Below are positions 1-8,449 of a stretch of 64,000 nucleotides of DNA, piece after piece. A model generated the notes under the pieces. It did no database searches and had not been told where the DNA came from. It saw only the letters and a program-made list of their open reading frames with translations. The stretch comes from Bacteroidales bacterium UBA4070 (lineage in GTDB: Bacteria; Bacteroidota; Bacteroidia; Bacteroidales; VadinHA17): the NCBI GenBank assembly GCA_002383485.1, contig DFYY01000012.1:101717-165716 (forward strand), written 5' to 3'. Positions within the stretch are counted from its first letter, which is position 1, and the number at the start of each line of letters is the position of its first letter. The translations under genes were made by a program, and so were the position numbers.

Positions 1-360
1 GGAACACGCATAAGGAAAGTCCTTGGTGGTGCCATGAGACAGGCCGGGTATATAGCCTCAGCAGGCATCTATGCACTCAGGAACAACTTACTCCGTCTGA
101 CCGATGATCACAGGAACGCTGCCTCCCTGGCCGAGGCATTGAAGGAGTGCAGCATGACGGAGACGATACATTACGGCGGGACTAATATTGTTATCTTCAC
201 CCTTAAGCCTCCGGCAGCAGCATCAGACTTCCTCGAAAAGATCAGGCAGCACGGGATACTGGCTCTCAAAACGGGGGAGAGGAGCATAAGAATGGTCACC
301 CATCTGGATGTCAGCGACGAACAGATCAGGGAAGCATGTGAGATCCTGGCTACCCTTTGA
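1..360 (+). CDS. ltaE: low-specificity L-threonine aldolase, C-terminal part (5' end lies outside the window)
   Basis: Frame 1 is open from base 1. GGAMRQAGYIASAGIYAL...DDH..A..LAEAL...VTHLDV resembles the C-terminal region of PLP-dependent threonine aldolases. Confidence 0.75.
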   Translation, partial: GTRIRKVLGGAMRQAGYIASAGIYALRNNLLRLTDDHRNAASLAEALKECSMTETIHYGGTNIVIFTLKPPAAASDFLEKIRQHGILALKTGERSIRMVTHLDVSDEQIREACEILATL

Positions 361-718
361 AGGTAAAATAGATTGCTCCCAGAATGCAGAGGAAGGCAAA
401 AAGATGATTCAGCCTGAATGTCTCAGTCCGGAAGAAGAGGAGCGTAAATACAACAAAAACAGAGATTGATATCACCTCCTGGATGATCTTCAGTTCAACC
501 AGTGAGAAAGGTCCGCCGGTGCCGCGGTAGCCAATCCTGTTTGCCGGTACCTGGAAGAAATATTCAAACAGCGCTATTCCCCAACTGGCAAGAACTATGC
601 CGGCCAGACCCAGGAGTGCATTCTTCGACACGTTCTGATACTTGAGATGACCATACCAGGCAACCGTCATGAAGGAGTTGGAAACAATGAGCAGGAGGAT
701 TGACCAGAGACCTTTCAT
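350..718 (-). CDS. DMT-superfamily small membrane protein (DUF486-like)
   Basis: 122 aa with four hydrophobic segments. The N-terminus ...VSNSFMTVAWYGHLKY is typical of DUF486. It overlaps the upstream GNAT stop by 4 nt. Confidence 0.7.
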   Translation of the reverse strand: MKGLWSILLLIVSNSFMTVAWYGHLKYQNVSKNALLGLAGIVLASWGIALFEYFFQVPANRIGYRGTGGPFSLVELKIIQEVISISVFVVFTLLFFRTETFRLNHLFAFLCILGAIYFTFKG

Positions 719-1194
719 AAAACCTTGCGATAGACCAGTTTCGGATCTCCCGGGCCATAGAATTCGCGAAGCGTTGCCTCGAGTTCATAGCCGTTTTTCA
801 GGTAAAAATGACGGGTGGGTTCATACAGCGGTCTTCCCGAAGTCTCGATCCAGGCTATTTTGCCACCGACGGACCTGATACGGTCCTCGGTCTCGCGCAG
901 GATCACCGAGCCATAGTGCTTGCTGCGGTGTTCCTGCTGTATTGCCAGCCAGTATATGTCCCATGAGTGCACTGATGAGGGATTGGGGCCAAAATTGGCA
1001 AACCCGATCACCTCTCCGTTTTCAGTCAGCTTAATCCAATAGTATCCGCTCTTCTCTTCTCCGTGTTCAAGGGTCTCGTCAGCAAGCGACAGTGCAACTT
1101 CTATTTCAAAATCATAGAAGAACCCTGAAGAGGCCAGTATCTTTTCAAATGCAGGCCTGTCGGCCGGGGTTATTTCAAAGGAAATTTCAGGCAT
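715..1194 (-). CDS. GNAT family N-acetyltransferase
   Basis: 159 aa. A GNAT acetyl-CoA-binding-like core (WLAIQQEHRSKHYGSVIL) is followed by YLKNGYE. Confidence 0.8.
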   Translation of the reverse strand: MPEISFEITPADRPAFEKILASSGFFYDFEIEVALSLADETLEHGEEKSGYYWIKLTENGEVIGFANFGPNPSSVHSWDIYWLAIQQEHRSKHYGSVILRETEDRIRSVGGKIAWIETSGRPLYEPTRHFYLKNGYELEATLREFYGPGDPKLVYRKVL

Positions 1195-1207
1195 GGGAGG
1201 GCTGTTG

Positions 1208-2176
1208 TCACTTGTTTAAATCGTTGATGATATGGCTTATTATTTCGGAGTGCGAATATCCTGCATGGGTGGCTGCGGAGATGAATCCGCTGTCAGGAGA
1301 GATGCAGGGATTGGCATTGACTTCAAGCACATAAACGTTTTCATCTGCATCCACTCTCATATCCACGCGGGCATAACCCTTGAGTCCGAAAGTACTCCAG
1401 CAGGCGAGTACGGCATCCCTGATATTCCTGCTCAGTCTGTCGCTCAGGTCATCCGGGAAGTTACGCATGCTGTTGTCATACTGGAAGGTATCCTCCTCCC
1501 ACTTGGCCTTCCAGCTCACTATCCTGGGCATATCTTCAGGATACCCGTTGAAGGTCATCTCGGCTGGCGGAAGGACCTCGGGACCGTCAGGACCGGCCTT
1601 GACGCTTACATTGAACTCCCTGCCGTCTATGAAATCCTCTATAAACCAGTGGCGGTCATTCTTTTCCTTTACTATTTCAGGAACAGTGCCGTCAAACGTG
1701 AAGACTGACTCTTCGGTAATGCCGAGAGAGCCGTCTTCCCATACCGGTTTGAGGATATACTTCCTGCCCGGCACAAGCTGATCGGTCTCCGAGACTCTGT
1801 AGCCTCCGGCAACCGGAATGCCGTGTGCTTTCATTATCCTTCTGGCCAGCACCTTGCTGCCGGTGACAAAGGCAGCCTCCACCGGACAGCCGGTATATGG
1901 GATGTGGTGCATGTTCAGCAGGGCGGGTATGAAATAGAGTATCTCAGCCTTTTGGCCCACAGACTCAACAAGATTGAACACAAATTCATAACCTTCATCA
2001 GCTATGCCGGCTATCTCATTGAAGAAGTTTTCAGTTATGCCTCTCCGTTCAACCCTGTATCCGAGGGTCGTAAGGGTATTGTCGATAAAATTTACCTGGT
2101 CAAGGACATCGAGCTCGTCAGGAAGGGCATCTTCAGCCGGTTCATTGTAAATTACAAGGCACCTTTCGCTCTTCAT
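1208..2176 (-). CDS. ATP-grasp ligase, D-alanine--D-alanine ligase-like (paralog 2)
   Basis: 322 aa. Has a Ddl-like pre-ATP-grasp N-domain, an ILKPVWEDGSLGI ATP-grasp segment and a C-terminal YVLEVNANPCISP motif. Shares an ATGA start/stop overlap with the upstream gene. Confidence 0.8.
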   Translation of the reverse strand: MKSERCLVIYNEPAEDALPDELDVLDQVNFIDNTLTTLGYRVERRGITENFFNEIAGIADEGYEFVFNLVESVGQKAEILYFIPALLNMHHIPYTGCPVEAAFVTGSKVLARRIMKAHGIPVAGGYRVSETDQLVPGRKYILKPVWEDGSLGITEESVFTFDGTVPEIVKEKNDRHWFIEDFIDGREFNVSVKAGPDGPEVLPPAEMTFNGYPEDMPRIVSWKAKWEEDTFQYDNSMRNFPDDLSDRLSRNIRDAVLACWSTFGLKGYARVDMRVDADENVYVLEVNANPCISPDSGFISAATHAGYSHSEIISHIINDLNK

Positions 2177-3147
2177 GACAGTCCGTAGCGTTTCTTGGCA
2201 GAATCCATGATCATCTCCATGAGAGTGCAGTAATCCATGCTGTTAAGGCGTGACAGCATTGGCAGGTCAGAGTGCACCGGGTTCAGACCGGCAAGCGGAT
2301 TGGCCTCTATGAAGCACATCCGGCCGTGGCGGTCCGCTTTCATGTCAACGCGTCCTGCATCGACTGCCCCCAGTGCACGCCATGCTCCAAGGGCTACAGC
2401 ATCGCACTCACTGCGTAAATCTTCGTCGTAAACACTGTACTTAACGTAATTCTCGTAATTCTCCTTTACCTCCACCGAGTAGGGAAGGTTATCCCTGCAG
2501 ATGACCTCCATTCCACCTGTCACCTTCGCCTCTGCGCCATTGCCTGTAACTCCAACCGTGAATTCCCTGCCGGGAAGATATTCCTCTACCAGCACAGGCT
2601 GGTTGTAGGTTGTCAGCAGTTCCTGTACAAGTGCTACCAGTGATTCACGGTCACGGACAAGGCTCCTGGTGGTAATGCCCTTGCCGGTTCCTTCTGCAGC
2701 AGGCTTTACAAAAAGCGGAAATTCGAGGGTTGACAGATTGTCAAGATCATGCACTGAATTTGCCACGATGCCCGGGCATACCGGCACTCCGGCGGCAGCT
2801 ACGATGAGCCTTGTGAGGTATTTATTGAGAGAGACCCCCATAACAACCGGTCCGCTGAATACGTATGGAATCCTGTACTGGTCCAGCAGAGCCGGCACTA
2901 CGGACTCACGTCCGTCACCACAGAGTCCTTCGGCGATATTGAAGACCATGTCCCAGCGTTCACCGGCTGCCAGCTTTTCAACCAGCTGAAAGATATTCCC
3001 GATGCGTACTGTCTGGTAGCCCTGACGTATAAGCTCATTCTCAAGGGCGACCACTGTTTCCTCCTTGTCAAACTCAGCTGTCTCATCCATGGTATAACCG
3101 CGCTCGAGGTACCACGAGCGGAGGTCATACGTAAGTCCTATCTTCAT
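2173..3147 (-). CDS. ATP-grasp ligase, D-alanine--D-alanine ligase-like (paralog 1)
   Basis: 324 aa. Features are an MKIGLTYDLR-type N-terminus, LFVKPAAEGTGKGI, and FIEANPLAGLNP at the C-terminus. Confidence 0.8.
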   Translation of the reverse strand: MKIGLTYDLRSWYLERGYTMDETAEFDKEETVVALENELIRQGYQTVRIGNIFQLVEKLAAGERWDMVFNIAEGLCGDGRESVVPALLDQYRIPYVFSGPVVMGVSLNKYLTRLIVAAAGVPVCPGIVANSVHDLDNLSTLEFPLFVKPAAEGTGKGITTRSLVRDRESLVALVQELLTTYNQPVLVEEYLPGREFTVGVTGNGAEAKVTGGMEVICRDNLPYSVEVKENYENYVKYSVYDEDLRSECDAVALGAWRALGAVDAGRVDMKADRHGRMCFIEANPLAGLNPVHSDLPMLSRLNSMDYCTLMEMIMDSAKKRYGLS

Positions 3148-3154
3148 TCCTTAC

Positions 3155-4399
3155 CTACTTTTTGTTGGGGTAAGTGTAGCGGTTATTTTTATAGTTTCTC
3201 AGGACCCATTTTTCAGGGCCGCTTTCCACCACATAATGGGGCAGGATGGGTATCTTGCCGCCGCCACCGGGGGCGTCAACCACGAACTGCGGTACTGCAT
3301 AGCCGCTGGTATGGCCACGGAGGTTCTCTATAATATCAATACCCGTCTCAATTGTGGTTCTGAAGTGGCTTGAGCCCGGTATCAGGTCACACTGGTATAT
3401 GTAGTAAGGTCTTACGCGCACTGAGAGAAGCTTGTGCATGAGACTCTTCATGGTGGCCGGGTCATCATTTATACCCTTGAGCAGGACGGTCTGGCTTCCC
3501 AGCGGCATCCCTGCATCGGCAAGCATCTCGCATGCCCTGCGGGTCTCGGGTGTCATCTCATCAGGATGGGTGAAGTGAACGCTGAGGAAGAGCGGGTGGT
3601 ACCTGCGGAGCATGTTCACCAGCTGCGGTGTGATTCGCTGCGGCAGTACTGCCGGCACCTTGGTGCCTATCCTCAGTATCTCGATATGCTTTATGGCCCT
3701 CAGGCTGGAGAGCAGGTATTCCAGTTTGCTGTCATTCATTGTCAGCGGATCACCTCCGCTGATAATGACATCACGTACCTCGGTGTGTTCCCTGAGATAC
3801 TCGAATGCCAGTTCCCATTCTCCCCTGGTGAGATGACCCAGCTTCCCGACTGAATGGGAACGGGTGCAGTACCTGCAGTAGGAGGAGCAGAACTGTGTCA
3901 CTGTAAAAAGGGCCCTGTCCGGATAACGGTGTATGATCCCGGGAACCGGACTGCTGCCCATCTCATTCAGAGGGTCAGCCTTTTCGGCCTCGGTTACCAG
4001 CAGCTCATCACTGGTAGGAATCATGGTTCGACGCAGCGGTGACCATGGCTCTGAATCATAGATGAGCGACAGGTAGTAGGGGGTGATCCTGAGCGGCAGC
4101 CTGCCCTTCAGACTGTTGAGGGTATGTATCTCATCATCTGTCAGTGTCATGACACGAGACAATGCCTCAGCAGTGGTGAAAGAATTGCGCAGTTGCCAGC
4201 GCCAGTCATTCCAGGATTGTGAATTTGCAAGAGGGAAGTAGCGGCGTATGAATTCCGAACTCCGGTTGCTAACTAAACGATCGTGGGATCCGATCTGCGG
4301 GAAGATCATGGTACCCGCGCCAGGTTCTTCGTCAGAAGAACAACCCATGAGGCGGCTCTCAACACGAGCAGCCGTTGCCTCTTTTCTGTTAGCGTTCAT
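3155..4399 (-). CDS. kamA: KamA-family radical SAM aminomutase (lysine 2,3-aminomutase-like)
   Basis: Carries the CSSYCRYCTR (CxxxCxxC) radical SAM cluster motif, YIYQCDL..HFRT, and the VVDAPGGGGK PLP-lysine motif. The start is uncertain because internal Met codons exist. Confidence 0.85.
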   Translation of the reverse strand: MNANRKEATAARVESRLMGCSSDEEPGAGTMIFPQIGSHDRLVSNRSSEFIRRYFPLANSQSWNDWRWQLRNSFTTAEALSRVMTLTDDEIHTLNSLKGRLPLRITPYYLSLIYDSEPWSPLRRTMIPTSDELLVTEAEKADPLNEMGSSPVPGIIHRYPDRALFTVTQFCSSYCRYCTRSHSVGKLGHLTRGEWELAFEYLREHTEVRDVIISGGDPLTMNDSKLEYLLSSLRAIKHIEILRIGTKVPAVLPQRITPQLVNMLRRYHPLFLSVHFTHPDEMTPETRRACEMLADAGMPLGSQTVLLKGINDDPATMKSLMHKLLSVRVRPYYIYQCDLIPGSSHFRTTIETGIDIIENLRGHTSGYAVPQFVVDAPGGGGKIPILPHYVVESGPEKWVLRNYKNNRYTYPNKK

Positions 4400-4777
4400 A
4401 CTTCGGTAAAATGAATTACCTTTTTTTCTGGTTGTTAATTATTCGTTTTGGTTATTAAAATGTTTCATAAAATTTTCGCTAAGTTATTAATTGGTTAACC
4501 TGCGGTTTCTACTCAGGACAAAAGATATTAACATGCTAAAACTGCATTATAATATCTGGTTTTCAATTTCATAACCTGTCTGAACCTGAGTTATTCACAG
4601 CTTCTTTTCAGGTGCTGAAACTGATGCCCGTAATTTGAGGCGCAAACTTAAATCAAAATCTGACATACGGATATTTTTCAGCCATTATTTTCATGTTATT
4701 TTTAATCATCTGATCACGCTGCACGGCACATAACTGTGTATGTCCTGCATCTTCAGGCGTATTCATCACATAATCAA

Positions 4778-5101
4778 TCAGTTTATCCATTGTCGTCGTT
4801 GCTGCGTGCATCCTTGTATCTGAGCTGGCATAGTAAGGGGATTGGCCCGGTAATCGAGATCATACCTCCAGAAGACCGGGGTATGGTCACGCGTGATTAT
4901 GGGATGGAGGTACCTGTCGAAGATGCCGTTGCCGCCTTCCTTCTTTGCATTGGGCCTGTTTATGAGCTTCTCCTTATCATCAAACAGCTGCCTGACCTGG
5001 ATGTCAAATTCCTTTTCTGTCATAAATTCCGGGGATTGTTTCCGGAACAAATATAACGGATAACGCAAATGGTGGCGCGTGATTGTTTTAACCGCATTCA
5101 A
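4778..5101 (-). pseudogene. N-terminal remnant (~85 aa) of a GH130 beta-mannoside phosphorylase
   Basis: ...EGGNGIFDRYLHPIITRDHTPVFWRYDLDYRANPL matches the conserved N-terminus of GH130 mannosyl-glucose/GlcNAc phosphorylases. After that point similarity is lost and the ORF stops. Full-length enzymes are far longer than this 107-aa ORF. Confidence 0.55.
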
Positions 5102-5146
5102 TTGTCAAAACTTTTATAAATTGCCTTAGGATAAAGGCTGAACCCC

Positions 5147-5466
5147 ATGAAAAAGACCCTGATAATCATTGCATCCGTAATGCTTTTTATTGCCGCTTCG
5201 TGCGGTAGCAGGCCCTCCTCCGGAAACTACATGGTTGTTGGCTATGTGGCCGGATTCGGAAATTTCAATTTTTCTGCTATTGATGCTGCAGTGTGTGCGG
5301 GAGCATCTTGACTCCCTGTCAGCGGAAAAGGGGAGGAAGAAGAACTATCTCCTTACCGAAGTACGTCAGGGAAAAAAGACTGGGCGGTGTTATGTTCTGG
5401 GAATACCCCGAGGATATTGACGGTATGCTCCTTAACTCGATAACCAAGGGTCTGGGGAAACAGTAA
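5147..5466 (+). pseudogene. GH18 glycosidase remnant: lipoprotein signal plus N-terminus (5147-5311) and C-terminus (about 5341-5466) in different frames, with the middle deleted
   Basis: The N-terminal piece is MKKTLIIIASVMLFIAASCGS..YMVVGYVAGF, then a stop. In frame 1, ...YVREKRLGGVMFWEYPEDIDGMLLNSITKGL stop has the GH18 C-terminal LGGxMFWE signature. Confidence 0.55.
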
Positions 5467-6369
5467 TCAAATAAAGAAAAAGGCTACTCCCGCCACGCTG
5501 ATGATTGCTCCGGCAATCTCCACCGCAGTGATCTTTTCCTTGTAAATCCATGCCGCCGGGGCGAGGATCAGTACCGGAACTATTGCCATGATTGTTGATG
5601 CTATCCCGGCCTGTGTATGTTTTACAGACAGCAGAGAAAAGGATATCCCCAGGAACGGTCCGAAGAATGCTCCCAGCGTCAGGGCTTTCATTACAGGAGG
5701 ATTTTTTATTGCCGACGCCACATTGCCCCATCTGCGTAAGGCAGTGATTATGATGGAAAATCCTATTACCCCGGCGATGATCCTTATCTGGGTGGAGGCA
5801 AATGGATCATAGCCTTCCATCCCGTATTTGCTGAGCACTATGCCAAGCCCCTGCCCCAGGGCGCCGATGAATGCAAACAGCAGTCCCGCCGGAGCTATCT
5901 TGAATGACAGCCTTTCACCCCTTACCGGTTTATTGAAGATGGCAAGGCTGATCCCGAAGATTACTATGATCATCCCGGTTATCTGCATTATATTCAGCGA
6001 CTCCCCGAGGATGAAATAACCAAAGATGGCAGCCAGCGGTGGTGCAAGTGTCATTATGAGCATTGAGAACCGAGAGCCGATGAGCGGGTATGACCGGAAC
6101 AGGTAGTAATCTCCCAGCACCAGCCCGATCACTCCCGACAGTGCCAGCCAAAGCCAGTTGTGCATGCTTGCATCTACTGGCAGGAAGTGACCGCGTGAGA
6201 TGAGAGTATAGAATCCTATAAAGAAGAAGGCCAGGCTCAGCCTGAGTATGTTGACCGTGAGTGAGCCCACCTTCCGGCTGGCAGATTCAAACGCGAGTGC
6301 GGTGATAGTCCAGAAGATCGCCACTGCCAGAGCGGCAAATTCACCTGTATGGGAAGCAATGTAGTCCAT
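5467..6369 (-). CDS. EamA/DMT family transporter
   Basis: Ten hydrophobic segments forming two EamA-like halves. I chose the ATG start at 6369 (MDYIASH...). The ORF track extends it to a TTG at 6393. Confidence 0.8.
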   Translation of the reverse strand: MDYIASHTGEFAALAVAIFWTITALAFESASRKVGSLTVNILRLSLAFFFIGFYTLISRGHFLPVDASMHNWLWLALSGVIGLVLGDYYLFRSYPLIGSRFSMLIMTLAPPLAAIFGYFILGESLNIMQITGMIIVIFGISLAIFNKPVRGERLSFKIAPAGLLFAFIGALGQGLGIVLSKYGMEGYDPFASTQIRIIAGVIGFSIIITALRRWGNVASAIKNPPVMKALTLGAFFGPFLGISFSLLSVKHTQAGIASTIMAIVPVLILAPAAWIYKEKITAVEIAGAIISVAGVAFFFI

Positions 6370-6510
6370 GCCCGTAAAAAATATAAGCGACAAAAATAAA
6401 CAATCGCTGTTACCAACTTCTCAATCCTGCAGGTTTAACCGAAATTTTTTCTTCAGTGCATTTCAATTATTCAATTATGTCTATTTTTAATAAACCTAAA
6501 TCAAAACATC

Positions 6511-6822
6511 ATGGATGCAAAGACTAAGGCCTTAGTATCACACCTGTTTGTCATCGGGTGGATTATTGCCCTGATTGTCAATTCAAACAAAAAGGAGGAG
6601 CTTGCCAGTTACTACATCAGGCAGAATCTCGGCTTCATAATAGTCTGGCTGGGACTTACGATTCTGCGGGTATTACCTGTTGTTGGTCCGGCTGTCTGGG
6701 CTGTCGGAAGCATCCTGCTGTTCGTAGGCTGGTTGATGTCATTCATCTGGTCAATACAGGGTGAAATGAGGCCTGTTCCCTGGCTGGGTGACAAGTTTCA
6801 GGCATGGTTCAGGGGATTCTGA
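6511..6822 (+). CDS. small integral membrane protein (DUF4870-like)
   Basis: 103 aa with three hydrophobic segments. LVSHLFVIGWIIALIV..KK resembles DUF4870-type proteins. Confidence 0.5.
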   Translation: MDAKTKALVSHLFVIGWIIALIVNSNKKEELASYYIRQNLGFIIVWLGLTILRVLPVVGPAVWAVGSILLFVGWLMSFIWSIQGEMRPVPWLGDKFQAWFRGF

Positions 6823-6906
6823 TCTCAATGCTCTGCCTTTTCCGGACCCCGGTTGAAATTCAGCATGCCGGGGGAGATTGACAAGCAATGTAATATTATG
6901 CAGTCA

Positions 6907-6937
6907 CCTGCCGTTTTTACTTAATTGTAACGGCAGG
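6907..6937 (+). terminator. hairpin downstream of 6511..6822
   Basis: A 9-bp stem (CCTGCCGTT / AACGGCAGG) is followed by ATTTT. Confidence 0.4.
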
Positions 6938-6999
6938 ATTTTCCGGGCTTTCAACCATGGTAAAGTCTGTTATCTTTGTGCGTGTTTTGATTTTGTGAA

Positions 7000-7788
7000 T
7001 TGTCGGAAAGAGAAGAGATACTGAAAGGATATAATCCTGTGGGCCTTGACGGCATCGCCTGTGTCAGGTATATGAACCGCATTGACACCAAATACCTCTT
7101 TTCAGCCGGCAAGCTGACGGACCTGCTCAGGAAGGTACGGCCATACTACAGTACCCTTGAGATAGCCGGACAGCGCGAGTTCTCCTACAAGACAGTTTAT
7201 TTCGATACCCCTGATCTGCTTTTCTATATCCAGCATGTTACCGGGAAGCTCAACCGTACCAAGGTAAGGATCAGAACCTACGAGTCAAACGGTCTTACAT
7301 TCCTGGAGGTGAAACAGAAGTCGAACAAGGGCCGCACCTCCAAGTCGCGCGTCGAAAAGGAACCCGGAGACATGAATCACGTCGAACAGTCAAGGGAATT
7401 TCTTGATGAATTGATCTCTCCCCGGGCAGTATCGCTCAAGCCGGTCATAAATACTGCCTTTACGCGCATCACACTGGTCAGTCTCGAAAGAGCAGAGAGG
7501 ATCACCATCGATTACAATATCGGATGGAACAACCTGAAAGGCGACAGCGTCAGGATGCCTTTTCTGGCTATTGCAGAGATCAAGAGCGGGAAGTCAACCT
7601 CCATGTCTCCGTTTTTTGCCAGGCTGAAGGAGCTTGGTGTACGCAGTACAGGATTCAGCAAGTATGCAACCGGAATGGCCCTTGTCAACAAGGCTCCCAG
7701 ACAGAATAATCTTAAACCGAAATTTTTACTCATTAACAGGATAAGGGATGAATATTACAGGAATGACGCTGCCCGTCAGCAGCACTGA
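7000..7788 (+). CDS. VTC domain-containing protein (polyphosphate-polymerase-like, triphosphate tunnel fold)
   Basis: NRIDTKY...YKTVYFDTPDLLFY...RTKVRIRTYE...FLEVKQK...AIAEIK matches the pattern of bacterial VTC (PF09359-type) proteins. A TTG start is assumed because there is no upstream in-frame ATG. Confidence 0.75.
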   Translation: MSEREEILKGYNPVGLDGIACVRYMNRIDTKYLFSAGKLTDLLRKVRPYYSTLEIAGQREFSYKTVYFDTPDLLFYIQHVTGKLNRTKVRIRTYESNGLTFLEVKQKSNKGRTSKSRVEKEPGDMNHVEQSREFLDELISPRAVSLKPVINTAFTRITLVSLERAERITIDYNIGWNNLKGDSVRMPFLAIAEIKSGKSTSMSPFFARLKELGVRSTGFSKYATGMALVNKAPRQNNLKPKFLLINRIRDEYYRNDAARQQH

Positions 7789-7804
7789 ATTGGCTAACCA
7801 GGAG

Positions 7805-8449
7805 ATGTTCAGCTTTTCGGGAATGCCGGAACTGCTGTTGCGGTTTGGCATCAATCTCGTGGTCATGCTCATCATTGTGCGCTGGCTTTATTATACCACT
7901 ACCAGGAGGAAAGACTACCTGTTCACCTACATGCTTATCTCCAGCGTGGTGTTCCTGCTCTGTTATCTCCTGGAGAGCGTCAGTTTGCAGATAGGATTTG
8001 CACTCGGTCTTTTTGCCATCTTCGGTATTATCAGGTACCGGACCAATCCCATGCCAATCAAGGAGATGACATATCTCTTCCTGGTCATCGGGATATCAGT
8101 TATAAATGCCCTTACAGCCGGTACAAGCATGATTGAAATAATCTTTGCCAATCTTGCTGTAATACTCATCACCCTGGGTCTGGAGAAGATTTGGCTCCTC
8201 AGACATGTCTCATCCAAGGCTATTGTCTACGAAAAGATCAATCTCATCGTGCCGGAAAAATATGATGAACTGATAGCTGACCTCCGGGAACGTACCGGGT
8301 TAAAAGAGATAAAGAAGGTTGAAATTGGTGCTATCAACTTCCTGAAGGATACCTGCAGGATGATTATTTATTATGAGGACAAGGGACGTTCAATCAACCT
8401 TGCTGACCAGAACGGATTCATAAAACCGGATGATAATGACGATGATTAA
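7805..8449 (+). CDS. DUF4956 domain membrane protein
   Basis: Has an N-terminal membrane part (LLRFGINLVVMLIIVRWLYY...) and a soluble C-terminus. This family is the usual neighbour of bacterial VTC genes. I chose the ATG at 7805 because the longer ORF from 7748 overlaps the VTC gene. Confidence 0.7.
   Translation: MFSFSGMPELLLRFGINLVVMLIIVRWLYYTTTRRKDYLFTYMLISSVVFLLCYLLESVSLQIGFALGLFAIFGIIRYRTNPMPIKEMTYLFLVIGISVINALTAGTSMIEIIFANLAVILITLGLEKIWLLRHVSSKAIVYEKINLIVPEKYDELIADLRERTGLKEIKKVEIGAINFLKDTCRMIIYYEDKGRSINLADQNGFIKPDDNDDD

Noticed and set aside
4637-4643. GAGGCGC, the seed of the lysine riboswitch, in the long leader region next to the kamA operon.
   Set aside because: It is on the wrong strand to regulate the minus-strand kamA operon. 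It is only a 7-mer, and none of the other L-box conserved segments are found.
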